From positions 13,702,001 through 13,766,000 of the forward strand of contig CP075492.1 in assembly GCA_021613535.1 (NCBI GenBank): a stretch of 64,000 nt of DNA. Direction: 5' to 3'. This document shows positions 13,425 to 26,409 of the stretch, in pieces. Below the pieces are notes generated by a model. The model was not told the origin of the DNA. It saw only the letters and a list, made by a program, of their open reading frames with translations, and did no database searches. Both the position numbers and the translations under genes were made by a program. Source of the stretch: Adineta vaga. Its lineage: Eukaryota > Animalia > Rotifera. Each line of letters starts with the position of its first letter. The stretch's first letter is position 1.

Positions 13425-13783
13425 TGTTACTGCGAGATCTAAATAGATTATTGTGAACTTTCTCTCTTTTTTTCTATATCTACTTAAAAATATGAAATGA
13501 TAATCTATATGTGAGAGATGTACTTTTGAAACTAAAATAATTATTGAATGAACGTGCCGATTGTTTCTCTCATTTGAGAAGAGAAAAGAGTTATTTATTT
13601 TAAAGTCATTATTAAATGCAATGTGGCAGAAAAAGTTTCAAAAAGGTGATTAGAAGATTTTTATAATTATAGATGTCCCAGTATTCCTATTTTTAAAATA
13701 AGTCAATATAGGCAACATAAGAGTAATTACGATGTTCTATTTTGATGCTATACATCACTTCATATCGAATGATGTTCTAAAAA
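12472..13783. repeat. Direct segmental duplication, copy A (GPCR + ~360 bp upstream)
   Basis: Near-identical to 20153-21067. Weaker similarity continues at ~14001-14125 vs ~21211-21341. Confidence 0.9.
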
Positions 13784-15090
13784 CTTATAAAACATGTGAA
13801 CGTTTAAACTCGTGTTTCATTTTTACTTGTACACAATGCATCAAAAACTTACACATCTTCTAGGCATTTCATTAACAAGTAATACTAATAAGTCAAATAA
13901 TCTATTCGGATATTCTTATGAATTATTTCGCTCAAAATATATTAACGTGCATGAAATATGTAGTATAAAAAAGTCTTCAAATTATTTTCTATATTACATA
14001 GATTGAATGATTCCTAGAATAATCTCATCATTGTCGATTTATTTTTAATCTTCAGAAATAATCTAGAAATAAATTTATGTCAAAAAATGAAAGTTTTTTT
14101 CTCTGTAATGATGTAAACTCGTCAGAGGCAACGAACTAGAAACAATTTGGAAAAAAAATGAATGACATGTTTCATTATACCTTTTTCTTTTAACATTGTA
14201 ATGTAGTGAATTATCCTCTCATTGCCGAAGATAAGAATGAATTAGTATCTCTTAAAGCAATGAACTAAATTAGTTGATCTATCCTATATCAGTTAGATTT
14301 CTGTTTTAATAAAATTATCTTCTAAAACTTGTTTGAAATGAAAGATGTACAACAAAAATCATAGATACACTCAAGTATTTGCTGAATAGATTGTATATTT
14401 CTAAAACGTATAATTATGTGAATATTACTTATTGATAACTATACACTTATTGCTTCTACTATCTCCGACGAATTTCTTATTTATTACCTTTCCAAGCAAT
14501 AATTTTCAAGGACCATTCGAATATGATGTTTTTCTTCTTCTGTAAATTTTGTTTCTCAAGCAAGAACTATATCTTTTGACTTATTTTAAAGTTACATTAA
14601 GATCTTTGATGGAAAAATGCTTTCAATAAAAATAGAGTTAAAAGCCTCTATATGAAAAGAAACGAAAGTATAGAATATTTTGAGCTGATATCATATTTAC
14701 TCATCTTAATATAAATATATTGCTCTTACTATATCGAATACAAACATAAAAAAATCAATGGAAAAGTTAGGATTAAAACAAATATTTTGCCTTCATATTT
14801 CAATTGGCTTGACACATTCTTAAGATTTTATCTACAAATTTCTTCAGTATGATTACAGTATTGTCATTTTAGTTCATTTATGATCAATTTAGAGAATGAC
14901 TTAATATCCTAGTACACACTTAGCATCCGCCATCTTTTTAAGACGCTTACTATCAGATATATATTCAAAATTTTTGTTTAACAAGATAAATGTAAAGTAG
15001 AATATTTATTGAAATATGAAACTTTCGTAGTATGATCTACGTATAGTTTCTATAAGTGTAAAATAATTGTTTAACGTCTTTTCGTTCAAT

Positions 15091-15420
15091 CTAGTAGCAA
15101 TCACATCGAAGCCAACCAGTTAATGCATTACAATAGCCACCTTTGAAGCCATTACTTTTACAATGTGAATTGCATTGGTATTCGTTTTTATCTAAAGGTC
15201 CATTACATCCAAATCCTCGAGGAGTTGCAATTTGATCAACATCTCGAAGATCGAAATCAGCATCATTCGAATCATCATCCACACGTTCTAATTCAAAACA
15301 ATTTCAAACAATAAAGATAGAAATATAATCCTTACCGATATAACGTGGATATGCTCGACTTTGCACGCATAACATCATACCAATCATAACCACAATTAGA
15401 AGAAATGATTTCGAAATCAT
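15091..15420 (-). CDS. CS-alpha-beta defensin precursor (plectasin/ancient invertebrate type), 2 exons, 93 aa
   Basis: Exon 1 (15420-15336) encodes signal peptide MISKSFLLIVVMIGMMLCVQS. A 48-nt GT-AG intron follows. Exon 2 (15287-15091) encodes an acidic propeptide ending in R and the mature GFGCNGPLDKNEYQCNSHCKSNGFKGGYCNALTGWLRCDCY (6 Cys, CxxxC, GxC, CxC). Confidence 0.93.
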
Positions 15421-18400
15421 GATATTAGTTGAAAAAAACTATTAGAATTGAGAATAGTTTGATCAATTAGTCCGATTTTTTTTCAATCGAAAGTAGAATG
15501 AAATGAATTCGAAGGCAACTAACCAACTTTTATATAGAAAATCAAAGTTTATTGAGTTCGATAAGTCATTATTTTAGTTGACTTTTGAGATATCTAAGAT
15601 TAGATTATTGAAATAAAAGAAAAGTATTATTTCAGTTTAAACAAAGATTAGAGATATGGTAGATTACATTTGAATTGAAATTCGATGTGACGCACTAACA
15701 TTTTTTAATAATAATAATTCGAACCGAAAGAACTTTATGTGAACATTTCTAAACCGTAATGTCCATAACAACATCTCCTACGATCAATCGTTTTTTTTCT
15801 TCTCATTGTACATGTGCTTTTATTGAGTTATCTACGCTTGACTTCCCACACGTGCGTTGTTCTATTGACTCATTCATGTATTTTTAAATTAATCGCAATA
15901 AATCAAATCGTTGTTTCTTCTTTGTATAGGTTCTCGATTTTCGATATTCTCTACAAGAAAACATATAAATTTTCATGAATAAAAGAAGATTTTTAATGAA
16001 ATATTCAATCGTGGAAAAACTAGCTAAACAGAAATGTATATTAAAATGTTTGGTCGATGAATGAATTGAAATTCTTTTGAAGAATCAATATATATCTTTC
16101 TATTTACTAATAAATGATTCAGATATTCTGAATTAAACGAAATGAACATCATTTGATCGACTGTAGAACAGATCTTTAGACAGCAATTGTATACATTCGA
16201 TCAATAGTACATTCTTCTACTATAGACTTATCAGACATTTGATTTATAATCTGAAGTACAATGATAAATACATAGAGAAAATGAATAAATACAAGAAATA
16301 TCCTTTTCAAATATTTACATCACGTTCTATATGAAGTTTTGAGTTATGAAACAGATATGAAAGACAGAAGATGGAAATAATAGCGAATAATATCATATTC
16401 TAATATTTTATTTATATCTTATTTACTATTTAAATTTCATACTATGATGAAAACATTCATTATAAATAAATAATATCAACAAATGTTCTGTTCAACTAAA
16501 TTTTTCAAAAATTCAAATAAGTCGATAAATTTAAAACATTGAATGTATCTACAAGCCATATGAATAAGTTCTATGAAGACAACATTCATACATATTGTTC
16601 CTATCGTTTTTTAACATTCCGATTTGAGTGTATCGATGAAAATCATATGAAAACGGGATTCGACATACCAAAATGGTATTCAAATAGTATTTTCACTATT
16701 TTCTACAATTTTTCTCTGATAAAATGATTATAAAACACAAGATCAATGAATTTGATATACTAAAATATTATTCATCTATTTCAATGAATTCTTCTCGACA
16801 ATTTTCAAATGATCAGATAACCAGCAAATCTATCGTAAACAAACAATTGCTAATAAAATGCTATTCCAATATTATTCCTTTTCGACATATAACTATCGCA
16901 AACCTTTTCGATGATTAACAAACACATTAGAAAAGACTTTATCAAAAGAAAATCTTGTTCAATTACTTTCCTCATATGAAATCTTAACTTTGACAATAAT
17001 ATGATCATCACAAAACACAACATAAACATATAAACTATACCAATAAAATATTCAAATATCTGTGGAAAATTTTATTTCAAAATCTTAGCTAACCAGATGA
17101 TCGAATAAGACAACGTATATCAATCATTGATAAGAGTATAACATTCAAATATTTGTCTTGTTTTTCTGCACTAAATTTATTGGTAATTATAAAATTAACA
17201 AATACCAAGCAATTGAATGAATTCTAAGAAATGATATTCAAATATTTCATTCATTTTTCACCTTATCTTTTGAAATGAATCAATGATTGAGAAACAAAAA
17301 AGAAACGGATCGATCATCCCAGGATTGTACTATTCAAATATTTTCATCTTTCAATTTCAATTCTACGTGAAAATAAGTGTCATTCAATACATTATAACAG
17401 AATAATTCATAACAATAAAATATTCATATATTCTTTTGTTCGATTATTTCAATAATGAAGTCAATCAACTTATCAAGAGATTTGTAGTAAATATATACTT
17501 CTTACAAAGAAATGTTTCGAATATTTGATTGTCATATTAAGTCAAAGATGAAAAGATTAATTCTTTTATCATAACAGACATAAGATACGAATGATTTCTA
17601 TGATAAAATATTTGTTACAATATTTTATTCACAATAAATAAAAGCTAGAATTGAATAAGAACGATTGATAATTATCCTATACACGAACGAATCTAACCAA
17701 ATAAATCTTCATAAATATTATTTACACTCAAGAAAAGGTTCTAATTTAACAAGATAATAAATATACAAAGTATGAATGTGAATAATTCAAAGGAATGTAC
17801 TATTTATATATTTGATCATATGCAAAAGAGCGATGTGAATTAGATCGAGTCTGATTGATAAAGACATTAGAAATGAATGAACAAGCAAAAACGTTAGTCA
17901 GATACAAGTGTACTTCATCCGACATATATCAAACTGCGATAACGAATCTAAACTTTGAAATAAAAGAATATTTCAAACAATCTCTTTATTCCAATCACTT
18001 ATTTATTGTATAAAACACTAATTGATTCAATCCGTTGAGTACTAAATGCAAAATATCTGAATGATTTAGAACAACATTCTATACACATATGTGAATATGA
18101 TCAATTATAGATGAAGAAGATGAGTATATAACTTACGATTCTATGATTATTGAATACTATCGATGATAATCGTTTTCAACTATGTTATTTACTCAAATAT
18201 AGATGAAAATAAACATTAAAACGAACGATTATGTATATTAAATGGATAGAACGAATCAGATTTTCTTTCTAATATCTTATTTATATTCAATAAAATCGAT
18301 GAAAATAATTGGGTGATTATCGAACATATGATTAATGAATAATCTCGAACAGAATTTCATACGAGTTTGTTATATGAGATAGAATAAAGATGAAAATGAA

Positions 18401-20151
18401 TAAGATATTTCAAGATTATATATTAAATGAATAGTTCGAAAGATCAATTTCATCTAATACATTGTTTATCATAAGATATGAATAGAAGTGTTTAGATAAT
18501 AAAATAAATAGGATGAATAATGAATAATACTAAAGATGATTCTGTACTGAAATTATGTTGTGTAGAAGACTAATTCAAATTAAAAATATGTTTGTAAATT
18601 TGATATGTTAAATGATAATGTTAAACCATTCCTTTTCTCTAGTATTTCATTTTCTTTGAAGATAATGACAAATGTTCACTCAATGATGATCAATACATAG
18701 TTATTGAATGATATCAACCAAACGTTGAATCACATATTTTATTTCGTAAAAGTTTTATTCAAGTAAACATCATATAGTTGAGAATTATATAACTAATGAA
18801 AGATTTAAAGAAGAAATTTTCTCGACTATTTTCATGATACATGTATAATATACTCATCAGAAATATTAATAAATGATCACACAAATGAAATGAATGATTT
18901 TTATAAAAAGTGTTATCAAATATTGATTTCCCGATTGTACACAATCTGAAATATATTCGATAATATGAAGTACGTTCGTTATATGAATAAAATAAACAAG
19001 GAAAATCATTTCAGATATTGTGTTCATATTCGAAGTAATAGTACAAAAATATCTTCGATGATTAAACAAATCATAGTTAATGAATTGTTTTACTCATGGA
19101 GATATTGAGTAATTTCATTTGTATCAAAACAAATATGTTGATTACGATTTATAATATATGATTATAGGATAGTTGATGTATTCAAATTAATATTTCATGC
19201 GAATAGTTAATAATGTCGAAAAGATGTAGTTGATATTCATCATATTAATGTTAAACACATCATAAATGAATAAGTTTAATCAATGTTTCGTTTAGATATA
19301 TCATTGACGCCAATGAAGAAGATTCTTTTGTTCATCATAACATCAATAAATACATAGAACATGAATGAATCAAACCCATGTCTATTCATATAACCAAGAT
19401 ATGTGAGAGAAGAAAAAATCGATATTCATTCTTTATATGACGGGTACGATATTAAGGAATAGATTCAACTACTGTTTTGTGCGTATATATCATTACATTC
19501 AAGACATTTATTTCTATAGTCTGTAGTGTGGCTAAGAAAATATGACAAATAGATAATTTCAACAATCCATATATTGTTATTCATTTGTTGAAATCCATTC
19601 AGAAGAAATAATATAATGTATATTCAAATATTTTCTTCCTATCAAAGTAGATCGAATGAAACTTTGATTGTACTTCGAATGATTTGATTTTAATATGAGT
19701 TTATCGATCATTTTGATATTGAAATTCCTTAGTCGTATCTGAATAATCTATTTTTGCGAGTTGCATGACACTATTAATAAGAGTAGAATACAAATTCCAT
19801 AGATAAATGTCTTCATCTTGTTTAATTTCGATGTGAATATGAATATGAATATACTTGCAACGATGTCGATTCTAAGGTAAATGAGAACAAACGAAATCTT
19901 TTCTTTCCTTTATAGAAACGAGCAATTTATACTCTTTTACATTCGATATTATTCATACGAAATAACGTATAAGGGATTATATATAGAAATATGTATAGAA
20001 AAGAATCAAATGGTTGAAAATCGTTATTACGATTGATAAAATCAAACTATTATATGTTGATCAGGAGAAAAAAAACAATACGGAGTCATTCATGATATAT
20101 TTGTAATGAAAGGTAAAAAGTAAAGAACTGTTCGAAATATATGAGTTGTAT

Positions 20152-20700
20152 TTATATTGGGTGAACAGTGTTCGTGACCAATCGTCTATGACGCATATTC
20201 TTTCGAATCCATTTGGAGAATTCAGGCAGCAAACAAGCATACATCCAAGGAAAAAGAAAACATATCAGATATGGAAATTTAGATATGTAATCCATTTGAA
20301 ATTTAATATGATGTTGGAATAGATGCAATCGAAATACGAATAAATGTCGTTGAATAGAAATAGTTGCCATTAAAAACTCACTGATTACTGACAAACTGAA
20401 TAATGTAAATGTCCACCAAGTACAATATTCTACTGTTGCAGGATGCACAGAATGAAAATAATAGAAATGAATACTCATTGGCATATTGGTTGATAATTGT
20501 AGAAAGTTGATAATAAACAAGATGAAAAGTGAATGATTTTGGAAATTGATTAATTCAGCACGATTTGTGATGAAAAATGCAAAAATTAGAAAACTTAGAA
20601 TCATTGCTGGTGCATAAAATGTGATTAGAAGAAGAAATTTTGTATGATATAAAAATTCAGATCTTTGATCGACGACTATGTCTGTCTGATTGGCATTCAT
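20152..20700 (-). pseudogene. Internally deleted duplicate of the 12471-13424 GPCR (ORF still open)
   Basis: Almost identical N- and C-termini. Lacks 405 nt equivalent to 12627-13031 (about TM4-TM6). Confidence 0.85.
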
Positions 20701-21067
20701 TATTACTGCGAGATCTAAATAGATTATTGTGAACTTTCTCTCTTTTTTTCTATATCTACTTAAAAATATGAAATGATAATCTATATGTGAGAGATGTACT
20801 TTTGAAACTAAAATAATTATTGAATGAACGTGCCGATTGTTTCTCTCATTTGAGAAGAGAAAAGAGTTATTTATTTTAAAGTCATTATTAAATGTAATGT
20901 GGCAGAAAAAGTTTCAAAAAAGTGATTAGAAGACTTCTTACAATCATAGATGTCCCAATATTGTTATTTTAGAAATAACAGTTAAGTCACAAAAGACAAT
21001 ATAAGGGTAATTACGATGTTCTATTTTGATGCTATACATCACTTCATATCGAATGATGTTCTAAAAA
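20153..21067. repeat. Direct segmental duplication, copy B
   Basis: Matches 12472-13783 apart from the 405-nt deletion and scattered substitutions/indels. Confidence 0.9.
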
Positions 21068-22117
21068 TGGCATTCATTATAATGTGCATCATTCGATGAC
21101 TACATGAAACCTGTTTCATGAGCTTTAATACATTCGCTACAAAACAATCCGTGGGAATATTCTATGGTCTGTCAAGACAAAAATTTTAAATTATCTTGTA
21201 TCTCACATGCATTGAATGATTCCTAAAATAATCCAACAACAGCTGTAAATTTTTGTCGACAAAATGGTGCACTAATTACATCAAACAGATAGAAGCACAA
21301 GATGAAAGTCTTTTTCTTGCTAATGATGGAAACTCGTCAGATATTATATATAAGTTAGAAAAACTATATGATAATCGAAGTTGCATGACTTTACAGAATG
21401 TTTAACATAAATATTAATAAATTTGTCGTGCGTATATTACTTCATATTGTTCATTGAAATGTGAATAACACAACTGCATATCATCATTGAACATTATAAT
21501 CAGAGAAGCCAAGTGCTTCGGAAAAATTCCTGATCTTGCTCACATTCTAAAGGTGTGTAATTGACTTTGTGCAAGTTTACTATTTTCTTCTACTATAAAT
21601 AATAGAATAGATCGTATCATAGTCTCTGTTGTGTGATTTTTTTATGTCTTTCAATTACAGAATGATTGATGAAAACACAGGATGAAAATATTTTAGAGGA
21701 ATATGGATTTATCATCAACAACATATAAACAAGAATAAAGAAAAGAAATAATCCATTCGAAATGTTGAACTGAATTAATTGTTGAAAAAATAATGTACAA
21801 AATAACTGTCTCATTCTTTATTTTTCTTAGAAAGAAAAAGAAATAAACCACATAGTCTTACGGCTTTCTATCTGTTTTTATCTCTTTACTTTGTAACAAC
21901 ACTAGAATGTAAAAGAAAGACATTTGTATAATTATATAATCATTCATATGATACATACTGGTTCGTGTAGTATATATTTTATTTATTATTTTCTCACACG
22001 TCATTTTCTTTTCGTTCTCTTGTTCGTAATCTGTCTGACGGCATAGTCGTTTCTTTTTGTATTTTTTTCTATTGTAAAAGAAAATTAATTTCATTCAAAG
22101 ATTCAAATTTTCAATCA

Positions 22118-23434
22118 ATGACTGTTCACCATCGAATAAAAACAATCGGCTTTTTGCTGCTATTTTTAATTGCTTTTCCAATTACTTGGTTAATCACATT
22201 AATCACATATTGTCTTCATTTTATGACTCGAAAGCCGACAATAATCAATCCAAGTATGAAAAGAATCTTAATATCAAACGGTGGTATGACAAAAGCATTA
22301 CAAATCGCACGTTCTTTACATTCAGCTGGTCATTATATCGTTCTTACTGAAGAATATTCATTAGCAACTCATCGTTTTTCTCGATGTATTTCACAATTTT
22401 ATCTTTGTGCTGATAGTGATGATGTACCAGCATATATTCAATCGATTGTTAGTATTGTTGAACGCGAAAAGATCGACATATACATACCTGTATCACATTC
22501 AACAACTGAACGTATTGATGCTCGTATTCGAGACGTTTTAATAAAGTACAATTGTGAAACTTTTCATGGTAATGTTGAACAATTAAATATGTTAAGTGAT
22601 AAATATGCATTTATTGATCAAGCTCGTTCATATGGTTTAACCGTACCGAAATCATACAAGATTATCAATCCAAAACAAGTTCTTGATTTTGATTTTACAA
22701 AAGAAAAACATGAATTTATTCTAAAAAGTATTGCCTATAATAGTATTGCTCGATCGAATTTACGTAAAGTTCCTTGTCAAACTCGACAAGAAACAATCGA
22801 TTATGTAAACAGTTTATCAATCAATGAAGATTCACCATGGATTATGCAAGAATTTATTCCTGGTAAAGAATATTGTACACATGGTGCAATTCGAAATGGA
22901 GAATTAAGATTATTTTGTTGTTGTGAATCATCATCATGGCTTCTTCATTATAAACATGTTAATGATAAACCTTTAATTCTCAAATGGGTACGTGAATTTT
23001 GTACACAAGTCAATTTAACTGGTCAAGCTTCATTTGATTTTATTGAAAGTAGTGAAGATGGTCAACCTTATGCAATCGAATGTAATCCTCGAACTCATAC
23101 AGCAATTACTACATTCTACAATCATTCATCTGTTGCTGAAGCTTATCTCGATGAAAAACCTCTTACAAATGGTCCATTTCAACCATATTCAACTGCTCGT
23201 GAAACCTATTGGCTTTATCATGAACTTTGGAGTTTAATTACAGTACGATGTTTTCAAGATTGGTTATGTCATCTCAAACGATTATTTCATGGTAAAGAAG
23301 CAATTCATTCAATCGAAGATCCATTACCATTCTTTCTTCATTATACAATTCATATGCCCTATTTATTATGTTATAATTTGTATCATCCAAGACAATATAA
23401 TAGAGTCGACTGCAGTCTAGGTCTTCTTCTTTAG
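22118..23434 (+). CDS. mysC: ATP-grasp ligase, MysC (mycosporine-glycine synthetase) family
   Basis: MysC-type motifs: GMTKALQIARSLHSAGH, HRFS, DKYAF, GLTVPKS, FDF, ILKSIAYNS, PWIMQEFIPGKEYCTH, LTGQASFDFIE, AIECNPRTHTAITTFYNH, TYWLYHELW, DPLPF. Also has the N-terminal hydrophobic segment seen in cyanobacterial MysC. Confidence 0.88.
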   Translation: MTVHHRIKTIGFLLLFLIAFPITWLITLITYCLHFMTRKPTIINPSMKRILISNGGMTKALQIARSLHSAGHYIVLTEEYSLATHRFSRCISQFYLCADSDDVPAYIQSIVSIVEREKIDIYIPVSHSTTERIDARIRDVLIKYNCETFHGNVEQLNMLSDKYAFIDQARSYGLTVPKSYKIINPKQVLDFDFTKEKHEFILKSIAYNSIARSNLRKVPCQTRQETIDYVNSLSINEDSPWIMQEFIPGKEYCTHGAIRNGELRLFCCCESSSWLLHYKHVNDKPLILKWVREFCTQVNLTGQASFDFIESSEDGQPYAIECNPRTHTAITTFYNHSSVAEAYLDEKPLTNGPFQPYSTARETYWLYHELWSLITVRCFQDWLCHLKRLFHGKEAIHSIEDPLPFFLHYTIHMPYLLCYNLYHPRQYNRVDCSLGLLL

Positions 23435-23553
23435 GAAAAAAACTTTGTTTGTCCATTATTATCGATTTCATTTATTTCCTAATAAAATCATCACTTTTTT
23501 TGCAAAAGATATTTATTTATTTATTCAAAGATAAAAGCAAAAATAGTCTTTTT

Positions 23554-24249
23554 CTAAATATTGATACGATGATTTTCATCGTGATATTTTGAATGAAGAG
23601 CAGGACGTCGAAGTTCTGGTCGATCAAGAGCAACACATATTTTCGGTAATTCATCTCCAGTAACATGATCAAAAATGCGCCAAGCAACTTTATTCCAATC
23701 CGAACCAAAATTTTCATCTAAATGTCGTTGAATATCATCATTATTCATACCACGTAATGTTAAATGACCAAATGGAACATCTACAAGACGTTGAAAACAT
23801 CCATATGGTAGTGGTTCACCTGGAAAGAGATCGAGTGCACCTTCAAGAACTTCATATCTATTATCTTTTGTATCAATTAAGAAAATATCAACAAAAGGTA
23901 TAGGAACACTATCACTAGTACGAATCATCGTTCGACGAGGATCCCAAATACGATAACCAAACATAGGTTGTATATCAAGAGTAAAACCTTGATCAGCAAA
24001 TGTTTCTTTCAATGCTACAAGTCTTTCGACATCTTTCATTTCAATTGCAATATCACCATCATCATCCCACGGTATTTGACCACCATGTCGATAACTACCA
24101 AGCATAGTTCCACAAATAATGGTATAATTAATCTTTGCATTTCGTAATATTTTATCGGCTATTTCCAAGGTATCATAAATGATATCGACCATTTCTTGAG
24201 ACGTCTGTTTTAATATATTTTCATGTTTTAATGAATCTGGATCGGACAT
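23554..24249 (-). CDS. LicD/fukutin-family phosphotransferase
   Basis: GTMLGSYRHGGQIPWDDDGD signature, FVDIF, and C-terminal L..NFGSDW. First ATG at 24249. Confidence 0.88.
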   Translation of the reverse strand: MSDPDSLKHENILKQTSQEMVDIIYDTLEIADKILRNAKINYTIICGTMLGSYRHGGQIPWDDDGDIAIEMKDVERLVALKETFADQGFTLDIQPMFGYRIWDPRRTMIRTSDSVPIPFVDIFLIDTKDNRYEVLEGALDLFPGEPLPYGCFQRLVDVPFGHLTLRGMNNDDIQRHLDENFGSDWNKVAWRIFDHVTGDELPKICVALDRPELRRPALHSKYHDENHRINI

Positions 24250-24648
24250 TTTGAAAATAAAAGTTTCTATAATAGAAATCAAAGAAGAAGAAAAAAGTCC
24301 TTAATAAGGTCAATGAGTACATTTTTCCTCGCAAACAAAATCTGTCGAGAGTTTTTGATGAGAATATTTATAAACATACATAAACTTGAAAAATCGAATT
24401 ATCAATGTGAAATACGTACAATATCATTTGATTTCAATAGGCAAATATAAAGTTAGAGGTAGAAAAGTACTGTCTGATAAATGATAAGAAAGAAAAAGGA
24501 AAAATGTATTCTGAAGGAGCGCAAATCATTTCTTTCTTTCTTTTTTTTCTTCCTGCACATATTTTCTTTTTTTGTCCATTCTCTATTCTTCACGTACCGC
24601 AGTTACTGTTACACATCGAGATTGAAAAGAAATATGTATTTTTATTGT

Positions 24649-25850
24649 TTAATAACGCACAAACTTTTGTATACGATGATTATACTGATCAACCACATAC
24701 AAATTCAATTGACTATCTAATGTTATACTAGAAGGAAAGTTTAATTGTGAAGACGTCGAACCACTTGATCCGCTGATACCAGCAAGAGTAATACCATTTG
24801 ATTGCCCGGGTGAAAAAAATTGAATTCGATGATTTTGCATATCTGCTATATAAATATTACCCATCGGATCGAGGGTAACATCAGTTGGTGATTGTAGAAG
24901 GGAGGCATTATTGCCCGAAAGTCCATTTGAACTACCAGCAACAATTGTCCAATTATGTGCACCGAGAATCCAACGAACGATATTATGTCCACCGGCATTA
25001 GCAATAAGAAAACTATTCGATAGGGAATCAATATAAAAATCATAGGGATATGACAATTGAGAACTACTAATTCCACTGCCATAACCACCAGCAACAACTT
25101 CACCCAATTGCGAATTATTTCTATAACGCATAATACGATGATTGAAACTATCAGCAATATAGAGTATACTTGAACTTGGATCACGCCATATTCCATAAGG
25201 ATTGTATAATAAATTGTCGGCAGACCCGATAGTACCTATGAAGAAATAAAGTATATAGTGTATATAACAGACTGATTAACTTATTACTATTTCCAATCAA
25301 TGTTCGATTTGTTGTTGCTCCATTTGGACAAAATTGTATTCGATTATTATCAGTATCTGATATATAAACATTTCCATTTATATCGACATGAATACCGGTT
25401 GGCAAATTAAGTGCATCCATTGCTATACCAGAAGTTGCATTCATTCGACCTGCAATTGTTGTCCCATTATTTATATTCATTGCAAATTTCTGTATACGAT
25501 TATTAAATCGATCACTAACATAGAGATTATTAGATAAATCTAATTTGACATCCCATGGTGCTTTTAAATTATTAGATGCACTACCTGCTACACCTACAAT
25601 ACCAGCAACAGTAATACCTGATGTATTCCATCGTAGAAAAGGCTCCTTGACCTTTGTTACTGTTGTTGCTATTGAATTCGATGGTTTTACTAACCATAAT
25701 GGTAATACAATAGTTAATATTATCAAATCAACTAAAACGCCTAATATTAGGCCTTGTACAAATGGTGATAAAGATGACCACCATTTTAATAGTTTACACG
25801 ATGATGATTTCGATCTTATAGATTGAAGAGAAATATTTTTATGATTAGTC
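24649..25850 (-). CDS. NHL-repeat beta-propeller protein with N-terminal TM segment (5' end unclear, possibly disrupted)
   Basis: Six NHL repeats (LYVSDRFNNRIQKF, VYISDTDNNRIQ, LYIADSFNHRIMRY, IANAGGHNIVRW, IYIADMQNHRIQ, LYVVDQYNHRIQKF). Intron 25287-25236 joins the frames. An upstream in-frame TGA near 25856 leaves no clean start. Confidence 0.8.
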
Positions 25851-26409
25851 TGAATTCATATTGGCAAACTTACTGAGTAGTTGAATTTTGTGCAACAATA
25901 TCGATAACGTTAGAAGTGTTGGCTGGCATCTGATTACGAGTAATTCTACGAATATATTTTGTAGTTTGAGAAACAATGGGTAATAATGAACCTGTTGACC
26001 GATTGCTTGCGTGAGAGTTAGAAACTTGCGAGTGTTTTTTTACTGATGTACATCGAAATTGATTGAGAATCAGATGTAAGGTATCCTTTCTTAATTATTT
26101 TTATTTTTCTTATAAAAAAAAGAACTATTAGGGAGTAAAACATAAAATGATTTCGGAGTCTTCACGTTCTTCTAAGATGAAAATACAAAAAACAATTAAA
26201 TATCTAGAAAACGTATCGAAAAAATATTTAGACGTCTTTTTTCTTTATTATGTATGTAAATTTGGACATTCTATACAATCAAAATATGGAGAAACAATAG
26301 CCATTGTTAGAAGATATTTTGAAAAAGCACACAATACCAAAACGAAACAACTAGAAACATAACCAATCATTGAAAACATATTCGAAATAATTGAATTTGT
26401 TCATCAACT

